Shown piece by piece: positions 26,866-39,231 of a stretch of 63,353 nucleotides of DNA. Position 1 is the first letter of the stretch, and every line of letters begins with the position of its first letter. The translations under genes were made by a program, and so were the position numbers. The stretch comes from Octopus bimaculoides (taxonomy: Eukaryota), in NCBI RefSeq assembly GCF_001194135.2, contig NC_068981.1, positions 72,667,396 to 72,730,748 of the forward strand, in the 5' to 3' direction. The notes below the pieces were generated by a model that saw only the letters and a program-made list of their open reading frames with translations, was not told the DNA's origin and ran no database searches.

Positions 26866-26984
26866 CATGGTTTCACATATATATCTAAATGGATCCCAGC
26901 GATCCACCCTCGATAGACAACGAAATTAGTTCTAACTCGGGTGTACAAGCCCTGAGGTTTGTTGCTAGTCGGTAGGATAGCTTC
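26866..26984 (-). CDS. Candidate 119-nt internal exon of an unknown gene
   Basis: gggtttcag|...|gtatgg; GC-richer than flanks; single open frame EAILPTSNKPQGLYTRVRTNFVVYRGWIAGIHLDIYVKP. Confidence 0.27.
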
Positions 26985-27525
26985 CTGAAACCCTACTAAG
27001 GATATAATTACTTACAATCATATACACGTATACCCAAGCACATATATATCTGTAGATATAGCTGTCTGCTTGTCCCCACCTCTCTCTCCCTCTCTGCATA
27101 TGTCTATGTATATGAATGTGTATATGAATGTGTGTGATTCGGTGTGTTTCTCTACTTTGTGAAGGAAGATATTTTAGTCACTCCCCTGTCTTTTCCAGAT
27201 GAAGGTAGACAGGCATACTAATTGTCAATTATAACATCCCCCCCCCCCACAGAAATTATATTTTACTAAAACTAAGCTAGGTATCGCATTCCTCAACGAT
27301 AGTTTTATACTTTATATTTTTATATTTTTAATGATCGTGACTATCTTTACACAATTATAACAGACATATCAGCCAAACTAGCAACACAGTAAAATCGGCT
27401 GTGTATGGAACAATTTTCACAATAGTAAAACACTATCATACTGGAATACAATCTCTTTCCAAAATGGATAACTATCTACACAAACACAAATGCAGAATAC
27501 ACAACAAAGCAGGCAGATAAAATAC

Positions 27526-27570
<45 letters not shown>

Positions 27571-27597
27571 ATGTCTGTCTGTCTGTCTGTCTCTCTG

Positions 27598-27676
<79 letters not shown>
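27526..27676. repeat. Compound (TCTG)n-(TC)n-(CA)n microsatellite
   Basis: Directly visible. Confidence 0.95.
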
Positions 27677-27678
<2 letters not shown>

Positions 27679-28165
27679 AACTCACAAACACAATTCCATT
27701 TTAGATTTTAGATTTTAGATTTTAATGTACACGTTTATATATGTATATATATATTTTATATATATCATTTCAATCATTTCAAAGTTTCAGCTCAGAGCTG
27801 CGGCCATGCTGACGTCATGAGAATTTCATTAACTTTCGAGTTAGAACATGAAATAATTCTCTATCTGTAATATTATTAATTCTCGAAAAACATCACATGA
27901 ACCTATATATAGTAGCAAGTAAATACTGTGTTAAAAACCCCTTTGGATGTAAAAAGCACACTTTTCTAAACAAAGGCATTTTTCAACCCAATATTTACAT
28001 GCTACTATTTATAGATTCAAGTGATCGGTTTCGAGAACCAACATTTCAAAAAAAAATTATTTCATGGTCTCTGAAAAGTTAAAAAATTTTTACGAAATCA
28101 CCTATGTGTGTGTGTGTGTGTGTGTCTTTTGTATGTTTGTGTGAATAAGTGTGTATCTTTATATA

Positions 28166-28216
<51 letters not shown>

Positions 28217-28377
28217 ATATGCGGAGGAGTATGCATATATACTATGTATATGAATTTCAATATACGTGAATCCGAGAATAGTTCATTTGCGTGTATGTGT
28301 GTTCGTAAGAGACATTCTGACTTTCATGACTCTCTCAAGGGCATTATATGTGAACTGAATGACTTCTACCAGCTCAC

Positions 28378-28400
28378 CGAAATTAAGACATATCTACTTC
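28378..28400 (-). CDS. Candidate 23-nt exon
   Basis: ttattcaaacttag|GAAGTAGATATGTCTTAATTTCG|gtgagc; only the phase 1-to-0 frame is open (SRYVLIS), which matches both neighbouring candidates. Confidence 0.22.
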
Positions 28401-28777
28401 CTAAGTTTGAATAATTAAAATATGGAACCACAATATTAGATGTAAAGGGGTTAAAGCTAAGTATTTTGATTCAATTAGACATATGTTCTGTCAAAGTAAA
28501 AGAGAAAACTTTAAAACTATCTTCTGTAAGACTTTTCATCTATTAAGCTGATGTTCATGAACTTTGGACTGACTTTGACGAGATCTACACTTCCTACTAA
28601 TACAAATTATTTTTCAACAATTTTTCTCTAAAGCGCAAATATCTCGTTTCATGTGCATAATATATCTCTGCGCTCCGCTTTTACAAAGATAAGTTCGCCA
28701 TGTTGCACTCTGCATTCAACTTCTTTTATAGAAATAGTGGCTGCTTCAGCGTAGAATCAACAGTCTTAATCATTTAC

Positions 28778-28929
28778 CTATCTCATGAATAGGATTCAGT
28801 AGTGAAAGCTTCCAGTTCCTCTGGCTCATATTTCTGTTCGCTGGTTCTCTACGTTTATATACTGTGCGTAACGCCCTTCGATCTCCTCGATACACTAGCG
28901 GCAGTTCGTTTAAGTATAACCCTCGGCAT
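28778..28929 (-). CDS. Candidate 152-nt exon of an unknown gene
   Basis: GC-richer block, open frame CRGLYLNELPLVYRGDRRALRTVYKRREPANRNMSQRNWKLSLLNPIHEI, donor TAG|gtaaat; acceptor uncertain. Confidence 0.22.
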
Positions 28930-29104
28930 CTCGCACAACATTAAAAAGGTTACAACCCGAAATCACTGGGCTGGGGTGGGGAATGTTCTTAAAACTGTAA
29001 ATTAAAAAAAAATTCCAATTGCGTACTTGTAGTGATGGGTCACATTGAATCAAAAAGGAAATGCTGAAATCGTGGTTCTCCTGACCACATATCTTCCTAC
29101 GCTT

Positions 29105-29300
29105 CTTTAGGCACAAGGCCTGGACTTTTGCCGGGAGACTTTTGTCCATTACATCGACTCCGGTGCTTGATTGTTACTTATTTTATCGGCCCCAAAAGAA
29201 TGAAAGGCGAAGTCGGTCTTAGCGGAATTTGAACTCAGAACGTAAAGCCAGAAGAAATGTCGCTTACTACTTTGTCCGGTGTGCTAATGATTCTACTACC
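29105..29300 (-). mobile_element. SINE family B
   Basis: Shared core motifs. Confidence 0.78.
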
Positions 29301-29914
29301 GTAAGGAGGAGAAAAAGGAGGAGTGTGAAAATAAGGGAGAAGATAACATGCGAACCAGTTTAGTATTGGTTGAATTTACTTCCGTCAAAAGATAGGTTAT
29401 GTATATTTTACAATAACCTTTTCCTTCCCGATAATACTAAAGGTACAATAGGTTCTACTTTTCTACTCAGATAGTCCTGAATACTTTTTAAGTTTTAAAT
29501 AACACTAACGCTACACCCAATCCACTAACATCCGCTTGAAACATAAACACACAGACAAGCATACAAACATCAACTGACCCTCTACGAAGTAAAAAAGAAG
29601 AATAAATCTTTGAAGATTGCTGCAATGTTTGATAAGCATAAATAGAAATAATCCGTTATTCAACGAACTGAACGGTGAAATAAAGCGACTATTTTATACT
29701 TCGAATGCGTCATTGTAAAACTGAAATGGCATCCGAAAATTATGTCAACTTCAGCAACAAATAAACAAAACACGCCCTGAATGATGTAAGTTGAAGTAAG
29801 GCATTGTTTTTTGCTTGTTTTTCTAAACCTTCCTCCGTTTTAAATTTCTGTCTGCCTGCCTGCCTGCCTACCTACCTACCTACTTACTTACCTAAATACA
29901 TACATACATACATA

Positions 29915-30345
29915 CTGGTCGACTGTACCAGTGAAGACCTCAGTGAAATGTAAGCACAACAGACCTGATATAATGATTTGGGATAGAGAAGAGAAACTGT
30001 GCAGAGTTGTGGAAATTAGCTGCCCAGCGGATGTTAACATAAAACTGAAGATCAGTGAAAAAGAGAACACCTACGCTGAGCTATTGAGAAATCTGCAGTT
30101 ACTCTATCCAGATTACAAGTTCAGGTTTATACCTGTAATTATTGGGGCCCTGGGATATGTAACACACTGCCTAAATATCAATCTTGAGAAACTGGGCTTC
30201 TTAGGGCCAGAGAGAAGAAGGTTAATTCGAAGGCTACAGATCCAATCCATCACTGGAACTGTAAAATCTATAAAACTTTCCACAAGGTTATCATTTAAAT
30301 ATATATGAGCATGTCTAGATATGTAATTATATGCATGAGAATACA
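29915..30345 (+). mobile_element. R4/Dong-clade LINE 3' end (RLE domain), 5'-truncated, within (TACA)n
   Basis: ORF 29931-30308 KCKHNRPDIMIWDREEKLCRVVEISCPADVNIKLKISEKENTYAELL...PVIIGALG...IQSITGTVK is a PD..E..K restriction-like endonuclease; (TACA)n lies on both sides. Confidence 0.88.
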
Positions 30346-30938
30346 TACAAATCTACACATACATACATAAATACATATATACATACATACATACATACGT
30401 ACATACATGCATACATATTTACATACATACAAACAAAAATATACTATTGTTGATGCTGAAATTCCAATGAAGGAGCCTTGAATCTAGGTTAGAAACCGGT
30501 TCTTTCTCTATTAGCAAGAAATTTTGAAATAAACTGAATAATGACATACTTAATACATTCATACATACATGCTTTCGTATACGTACATACACCCAACCAC
30601 CCACACACAAAGACATACGTACATACATACATACATACATATGTAGGTACGTACTTACATACGTACATTCATATAGATATATTCAGTGCGTATATACTGG
30701 CAAAAATGCGCGTGTGCAACAAAACATGAAACACTTGTCTTACCTTAGGAAGAACATTAGAAAATGAACAACCCAGATTAAGGATAATGCAGTACCCAGG
30801 TTTCAGACTTTTCAAATACGTTTCACAACGTAAATCTGATTAGTCCTCATCAGCTGCATTCACCTAGACAACATTTCAAATGTTGCTACATATATCATTT
30901 ATCTGTAATATAATATGTGACAATTATTCAGTTGCCGT

Positions 30939-30999
30939 AATAAGACTCCGAGTTTCGGATGTCGGGGCAGAAAACTGCTCCGGCATCTCGTCAGTTATC
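30939..30999 (-). ncRNA. Hammerhead ribozyme-like motif with canonical core
   Basis: GATAA-CTGACGA-GATG-C-CGGAGCAG(TTTT)CTGCCCCG-A-CATC-C-GAAA-C-TCGGA-GTC-TTATT; predicted cleavage after 30944. Confidence 0.7.
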
Positions 31000-31131
31000 G
31001 ATGAGTGACGATATANNNNNNNNNNNNNNNNNNNNNNNNNNNNNNNNNNNNNNNNNNNNNNNNNNNNNNNNNNNNNNNNNNNNNNNNNNTGTGTGTGTGT
31101 GTGTGTGTGTGTATGTGTGTGTATATATATA

Positions 31132-31381
31132 GTTGTGTTTTTGGGCCAGACACTTTACTTCATGTTACTCCAGTCCACTCAGCTGGCAAAAATGAGCTTT
31201 ATCTATAATTCAAAGGGATAGTCTTGTCACAGTTTGTGTCACGCTGAATTTTCCTGAGAACCTTGTTAGGGGTACAAGTATCTATAGAGTGCTGAGCCAC
31301 TTGCACGTTAATTTCACGAGCAGGCTGCTCTGTTGGTCAGGTCAACTGGAACCCTTGTCGTCGTAACCGACGAAGTACCAG
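31132..31381 (+). mobile_element. SINE family A, headless
   Basis: Body and tail shared with the 7208 element. Confidence 0.82.
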
Positions 31382-31624
31382 ATTTTGAAAAATATTTATA
31401 ATTCTAATTATATTTTTATTTAAACTAGTAGTAATCTTCAGAAGCTGGGCTTTTCGGGTAAAGAAAGTAACCAGCTAATACTCACTTTCCCAATACACTC
31501 TGTAAGAGGAATGATGAAAAATACTCAAAGTTCAACGTGTAACGGTGTTATCTAGCTCCTAGCAGTGGACCTTATCTTCTGTGTTAGAAAGCAGTTCCTT
31601 CTTGATATCTTTTACATTTACTTT

Positions 31625-32398
31625 TTATCTTTATTTGCTTCAGTCACTTAACTGCAGCCATGCTGGGTTCCACTTGAAAATTATAGTCCTATGAACCGAC
31701 GCCACTACTTATTTTCTTAAAGCTTAATATCTATTCTATCCGTGTGTTTCCCGAAACGCTAAATCACGGGGACGTAAACAAGTCAACACCGATTGTCAAA
31801 CGGTGGTTGGTAGCAAAAACAAAAAAGACACACACACTCGCACATACACACACACACACACATATACATATATACTTTGGCAAGTGTCTTCTACTATAGC
31901 CTCGGTCTGACCAAAGTCTGGAAAGTGGATTTGGTAAATGGAAACTGAAAGGAGCACGTCAAGTACATTTATGCATGTGTGCGCTGTGTGTGTGCATGTG
32001 TGTGCGTGCGTGTGTGCGTGCGTGTGTGTGTGTATATCTGTCTGTCTGTCTGTCTGTTTGTCCGTAAACTTGCATTTCGGCAAAAGAGTCCAATAGAAAA
32101 AGTATCAGGCTTAAAAGTAAAATAAGTACTGGGGTCGTTTCGTTCGACTAAAATCCTCGAAGTCGGTGCCCCAGCATGGCCGCAGTTTAATGATTGAAAC
32201 AAGTAAAATATAAAAGATACGAACGCTTTCTTTCAGAGTCCATCTATCAAATCCACTCACAGGTCGACTTTGGTCGGCTCGGAGTTATATTAGAAGACAC
32301 TTGCTCAAGGAACCAGGCTGAACCAGAGATTGAACCAGGGACTGAAACCGATCCATGTGGTTGAAAACCAAACTTCTTACCTCACAGTAACGCCTGAA
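31625..32398. mobile_element. Nested SINE family C copies: minus-strand host (31625-31872 and 32222-32398) with a plus-strand insert (31876-32220)
   Basis: The host's tail half and head half flank an opposite-orientation copy at the host's internal microsatellite. Confidence 0.75.
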
Positions 32399-32825
32399 GA
32401 ATTCAAATAATTAAAAAAGAAAGATAACGTGTAATCAGACTGGCATATGTGTACGCTGATAGAGAATCGGGTAGATATAGCAATGTGCATAAGTTCCCAG
32501 ATGTAATACCAGATAAATATATGTATATATGGAACGTAACCATGCAGAGATTTAAATATACATCAGCTCACTAGTTCTTTCAGTCTTTCTCTCTCCCCGC
32601 TATTTTCTCTGTGTGTATTTTGAAGTAAATACCAATAAAAATATGTACTGAGTCATATAGACACTCACATGTAAATATATAAAACTAGATTGTTCGCAGA
32701 CACCTTTAGGAATGTTATTGTATAAGTGAATACACGACATATAGATACAAGTGTGTGCCTACGTTTCTGTGTGCTGTTATGTATGTATGTATATGTATAT
32801 ATATATATATAAATATATGCGCTGG

Positions 32826-33150
32826 AGTGGGTGTGTGGCAAGCAGTTTGCTTACCAACCGCATGGTTCCGGGTTCAGTCTCACTGCGTGGCAAAGCCATG
32901 TAAGTGGATTTGGTAGACGGAAACTGAAAGAAGCCCGTCGTAGATATGTATGTATGTGTTTGTGTGTCTGTGTTTGCCACCCTCCCCTCGCAACCATCGC
33001 GTGACAACCAATGTTGGTGCGTTTTCGTTTCTGTAACTTAGAGATTCGGCAAAACAGACCGATAGAATAAGTACTAGGGTTACAAAGAATAAGTCCCACA
33101 GGCGGTACTCCAGCATGGCCACAGTCAAATGACTGAAACAAATAAAAGAA
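32826..33150 (+). mobile_element. SINE family C, full length
   Basis: Head gtgtggcaagcagtttgcttaccaaccgcatggttccgggttcagtc; short internal (TATG/TG)n; tail ccagcatggccacagtcaaatgactgaaac. Confidence 0.88.
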
Positions 33151-35179
33151 TTTAAAAAATATATATATATTATATGTATTCGTTCATATATATTTAAGCA
33201 AAAATACGTATGCGTTCATATTCATATTGCTTGAATGCCTCTTTGAGGTGTTCTTATATGGCAATGTGCATTCAAATTTAGAGAAAGAGAACCATTTTAA
33301 AAGGAACTTTATATATTCTATAGAAAAGAAACCAGGTTATTATAGAAGCAATTACGACAGAGGAACATCAGTTGCAAGGAACTTTGTTTTCCTGTAGATT
33401 AGTAAAGAAATGTTGATGTGGCCGCCCTAATTTAGACTTATAGGATTAACTATACTTAGTATTCAGATATTGCTATGCTGGATAATCATAGTTTCCATTA
33501 CAAATTCATATATAAATTAATCTTATCTACTCTCAGAATTAGTTACTGTAAAACGAAATATCCTTATATTCAACGGCATGTTATTGAGACTGTAATTTAG
33601 CTAACATCTCAAGTTACTATGATGGAATATTTTCAGCTGATGTTATATACCGGAAATATTTATCAGATGTTATATAACTGGGATGATCTTAGTTACATGT
33701 TTAAGGAATTAGCCGTGAATATGATAAACTTCAATATTTCAAATTGATTGTATACATTTACTTTATTAGTAATTTTTTTTGTATTGCATAAAGATGATCT
33801 ATTATCAGTGACCAACTTAACTGATTATTTTGTCCTGTGACAAGTAAATTAAAGTGCAAGCCGTTCCGGAAAAAATAATGTCAGTTCATAGAATCTTTTT
33901 GATTAACAGCAACTTGTAACACAACAGAAAAGCTTTGAATTTCGCGGAAAGCATTTTTTAAAATTTAAAGCTGTATCGTGTGAAATATGGATTACGTTTA
34001 TATTTTGTTGTGTTTCTTATTTTTAGCTATGTCTCTACTATAATCATCCCATATTCCAAATCGTTTCATTATCAAAATAATGTTTGTTATTCATAAATAA
34101 GGAAAGACTGTCAGTTGTTGATTAAATAAGACTTAAACAACAATTATGCATGGAGTCAATTCTGTTTTCCTACACCTAAGGTTGGTAGCCAAAACCACAT
34201 ACACACATAAACACACTTGCTAGCCTCGCATGCATACATTCATATACATAAAAATAGCAAACATTTCGACTTGGCAATTTCTACATGTAGGAGTCTTCTC
34301 CGCTTATGTACACAAAAGTGTTTATTTCTTAGATATAAAGTCAAAATTTCATATAAGTAAATCCCAGGAAATTGTCAGCTCTTTAAAACGGTATTGCCCT
34401 TTCACTTCCTAGACATTTCCTATTAATCACATGTTTTGCCCAAAACGTTCTTCACTCGTGTCTTCAGACAAACAGCTCACTTGTTTTCTGTGTAAAGAGA
34501 CGTGTCCTGACTTTATTATTTTTTATTCTTTGTATAGTAAAATTATAAACGCGCCTCGGTACCTTTCGCATGAACCAATGTTAGAAGATAGAGAACACTA
34601 GCAAACTATAGAAAGTAGTATAGAATTAAAAATCAAATGAAAACTTGAGACTAAAACTAACTTGTATATAGAAATTAATTTTAGAATGACAGTAATAGAC
34701 AATTTTCAGAAAATATTTATCGTTAATTAAAAATTCAATCGGGAATGTGTCATTTCAACATTAATCTTGCACGTTTGTTAATAACTTCATTATGTAGAAC
34801 GCTATGCGAGAGATGGATCTTCTGCTGAAGCAAAGTGTATAAGAGCAGTCATGATTATAAGGTTATTAAGTTAGATTGTCAGAGAAGTTTTCTCATCATA
34901 ATTACTGAATTAAGACACATAAGTGGTAGACAGAGTGGAATACTAATACATACTAATATAGGCGGTCACCTAATCTACGACAAATAACAGCCAGATCTTC
35001 GAATTACATCTTGCTGCCCCTTATTGCAAAAAGCATGAACAGAGTTAGCAATGTATTTTCTGATATACAAAAAGAAGTGGCTTGGTTGGGATGCCTTTGA
35101 TCATGGGTCTGCTCAGTGACCGCACATCTTCAACAAAACCCCAAATTGCATTAGAGTGGCTGGATGTTCTACCCAAGTC

Positions 35180-35420
35180 AGAGATTATTTCATCACCCAA
35201 CAACTACAAACTCTCTACAGTTCATGTTAGACGCACAGTAGAGTACTGCTGTACTACATCCACATCTAGGATAGTAATGCTGTTACACAAACCAACATCC
35301 TGGATCACATTCAAAGAAAGATTTATCAGCTGATTGGTATGAAATCGCCACCATTCTAGGTTAATCTCTGGTCCACAGTCGTGCTGTTTTATCTCTCTAC
35401 CATCCAGTTATCTCTAGTGT
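35180..35420 (+). mobile_element. Decayed CR1/L2-type LINE fragment
   Basis: VRRTVEYCC... and, after a frameshift, TNILDHIQRKIYQLIG resemble VRP.LEYC...LDRIQ.RA.RLI downstream of the RT domain. Confidence 0.5.
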
Positions 35421-35460
35421 CTCGCATTAATCTTTCTTTGAATGTTGTCCTTCTGGAAAT

Positions 35461-35472
35461 TCTCTCTCTCCA

Positions 35473-35570
<98 letters not shown>

Positions 35571-35604
35571 CATTTCTCTCTCCATTTCTCTCTCTCTCTC
35601 TCTA
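35461..35604. repeat. (TC)n microsatellite
   Basis: Directly visible. Confidence 0.97.
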
Positions 35605-37249
35605 TCCAAATATATTCCCTGCAACTGTAGTCTTGCGAATGCTAACTGCGCCATCTCACCAATCTGAGAAAATAAAAAAAGATTAAAACAAAATTAAAAC
35701 GCAGATTTTGTAACCAAGACATTTGTTATCCAGTCCATCGAGTTGTAAATATATGTCTTATGTTGTCAGCGGCATTACTGTAAGTGGTAAGATCCTTGTA
35801 TACTTCCTATTAGCTTGCAGGACATAATTCAAATCTTCCTGTTTACTCCTCTGGGTCATGCTTGAAGTATTCACATCGCGACTTCAAAATCTACAATCTG
35901 TGAGCCGAAGTTATTTCCTGATTCCCATGAATAGTTCCATGCCTGGCTGAATCAAAGTTCTACTTCAATTTATTATCAACTCTTAACTCTCTCCTAATAA
36001 ACAAATTTTCTTCATGCATCAACTATGTCCATCGTTCTCAATGGGATATAAAATATCCCTTGAATTCACCCTCGGGACAATCTATTTACATGGACCGCTA
36101 GAGAGAAGAGATCTTCTATACGACCCTTGGGTTGATAAAAACATACGGACTAATTCTATTTTATCTTGACATATTTCATTTTCATTTATTGATAAGAATA
36201 AGATTCTATGGAGCTCAAAACGACGCAAATGTATTAAAATTTCAGCTAAACTGATTCATAGCAGCAATAAAATTTCCATTTTCGTCCATAGATCAAGTAT
36301 TCTATATTGGAAAATCATCATCTCATATTTATAAACTGAAACGAATAAAGAACAAAGGGAATAACTAAATGAAATTAGATGAATCTAGATAGCCATGAAA
36401 ACGTTATATTTCCTAAGGGAGCATACGAAACTTCTGATTACTTCTATTATTCCATAACAGAATCCAGATGAATAATCGATCAAACTAATTATAGAATTGT
36501 TATTTACGTATAATCTGAGAAATCATAGGGAATTAATAGATTCCTATATGATTTTATGAAATTTAATGAATAAGTAAAATAAAGAGCGTAATTGCAGTGA
36601 ATCATGAGAAACTAGCCACTGAGATTTAGAATGAACATTAAGCAGGATCATGAAATAAATATGTAAGCTATAATTGTAAAATTGTAACATATAAGAGGAC
36701 TTGATACAAATGCATTCGAAATCATTGAAAAGAAATCTTAGCTCAGTGGCAATCCAGCGCTGGATTATCGTAAGATATATTTAAAGCTACATTTATGGCA
36801 TACATATTATGCTTATATTTGACAATCGATAGTGGCTTTTATAAAGTTGATGTTATTCCCTTTTGTGTCTTGAATCTTGAATCTTGATGCAAAACTAATT
36901 ATTAGTGAGTGTGTGATGAAACATGCTTATGTATATGCCTCAGTGTGTACAAAGAGTTAATGATGAGAGTTCGGTTCATTTCAGTAACATTCTACGTAAG
37001 TGTGAATCGTATTTGCAAATAAGATGTGTCATTTGTGAGTGCAAGATAAATGTAGACTGAACGAGGCAACTGCTTTGTAATCATAATTTTCTCTGAGATT
37101 CCAACTACTCTACACCACAAGTATACAGAAATACATGGAAACCTATATTACATGTATGCATGTGTTTGCATTCATGTGTATATACATCTTCATATGTATG
37201 CTTGCGCGCGCGCGTGTGTATGTGTGTGTGTGTGTGTGTGCGTGTGAAA

Positions 37250-37455
37250 GCGCATGGCTTATTGGTTAGGGTGTTACGCTATTGATTGTGAGATCGTGGT
37301 TTCGATTCTCAGACCGGGTATAGCGAAACACTTCATTTCACGTAACTCTGCTATCAATTCCTCATCTAACATGACACGTCGTGCATCTGTGAAGGTAATG
37401 TCGACTTGATGGAGGGAGTAAGCCTATGTGTACACAAACATTTGATCACTATAAT
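37250..37455 (+). mobile_element. SINE family D
   Basis: tggcttattggttaggg...ggtttcgattctcagaccggg head. Confidence 0.68.
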
Positions 37456-37516
37456 GAAATAATCCCCCCTCTCTTTCTGTCTTTCTGTCTCTGTCTGTCT
37501 GTCGCTCTCTCTATCT

Positions 37517-37573
<57 letters not shown>

Positions 37574-37858
37574 NNNNNNNNNNNNNNNNNNNNNNNNNNN
37601 NNNNNNNNNNNNNNNNNNNNNNNNNNNNNNNNNNNNNNNNNNNNNNNNNNNNNNNNNNNNNNNNNNNNNNNNNNNNNNNNNNNNNNNNNNNNNNNNNNNN
37701 NNNNNNNNNNNNNNNNNNNNNNNNNNNNNNNNNNNNNNNNNNNNNNNNNNNNNNNNNNNNNNNNNNNNNNNNNNNNNNNNNNNNNNNNNNNNNNNNNNNN
37801 NNNNNNNNNNNNNNNNNNNNNNNNNNNNNNNNNNNNNNNNNNNNNNNNNNNNNNNNNN

Positions 37859-37912
<54 letters not shown>

Positions 37913-38590
37913 AAAGACAAAATATGTATGTCTATATATATATTTGGTGATGCATACAGGAAAATGGAACCAAAGCATGTGGATAGATAAACTTTTATTA
38001 ATAAATGGAGGTTACAGAGTGACACAAGGGATTGATGCATATGTGTGCATATGTATGTGTGTATATGCATATATACATATACATACATATATATACATGT
38101 GTGTGTGTGTGTATGTGTGTGGTATTCAAATGTTTGGAACGTTTTTTAAAAATTAAAATTGTTATGCCCAAGTACGATTCGATTAAAATATACGTAACGT
38201 AAAGATAGACTTACCTAATAACTGATCCAATGGTTCGATATCTAGAAGAAAACATAGGCAAAATCAAAAACATAGTTCTTGACCAAATTGCTTACCTTTA
38301 ATAAACGGGAGCTAGTACATCACGTATACGAAAACTTGTCCCAAACTTTTGACCACTGCTCTCTCTCTCTCACTTTCTTTAACCCCTCTCCCCCTCTCTT
38401 NNNNNNNNNNATATATATATATATATTGGCGATGCTTACAGGAAAATGGAACCAAAGCATGTGTGTATATGAAAACTTTTATTAATAAGTAGAGGTCATA
38501 GAGTGACGCAAGGAATTGACACATGTGTGTATATGCATATATACATATACATACATATATATACACATATGTACATATATATATTGAGAT
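37430..38590. repeat. Tandem local duplication (~37430-38130 vs ~38335-38590)
   Basis: gatgc.tacaggaaaatggaaccaaagcatgtg...aacttttattaataa.t.gagg.....gagtgac.caagg.attga occurs twice, each time after (CT)n-gap-(TA)n. Confidence 0.8.
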
Positions 38591-38829
38591 TATGTTGTGG
38601 TGTTCTGGTGTTCTTTAGTGAATAAATTACACTACATGAGTATTAGATTATTATGTTTCCATGTATTATTCAATATATGTTTATATAAATGCGGCATTGG
38701 TTCTTGCTGCATATTACAAGATAAGTAAATATTATGCTTTGTATACACACTACACATTACATGGAGACATGTATATGATGTATAGTATGTGTGTAGAAAC
38801 ATATTCGAGCGGACACTCACTCACATACG

Positions 38830-38879
<50 letters not shown>

Positions 38880-39095
38880 NNNNNNNNNNNNNNNNNNNNN
38901 NNNNNNNNNNNNNNNNNNNNNNNNNNNNNNNNNNNNNNNNNNNNNNNNNNNNNNNNNNNNNNNNNNNNNNNNNNNNNNNNNNNNNNNNNNNNNNNNNNNN
39001 NNNNNNNNNNNNNNNNNNNNNNNNNNNNNNNNNNNNNNNNNNNNNNNNNNNNNNNNNNNNNNNNNNNNNNNNNNNNNNNNNNNNNNNNNNNNNNN

Positions 39096-39130
<35 letters not shown>

Positions 39131-39169
39131 CAAATATATATGTGTATGCGTATATATATATATATACAT

Positions 39170-39231
<62 letters not shown>

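Noticed and set aside
26866-26984. Resemblance of KPQGLYTRV..YRGWI to the trypsin C-terminal motif, or of FVVYRGW..LDIYVKPC to GH25-like lysozyme
   Set aside because: The spacing is wrong and no other family motifs were found nearby; not enough to name a product.
27016-27120. Strong donor gtaagta at 27015 (minus strand)
   Set aside because: The upstream sequence is low-complexity, and the implied 31-nt intron to the next candidate is too short.
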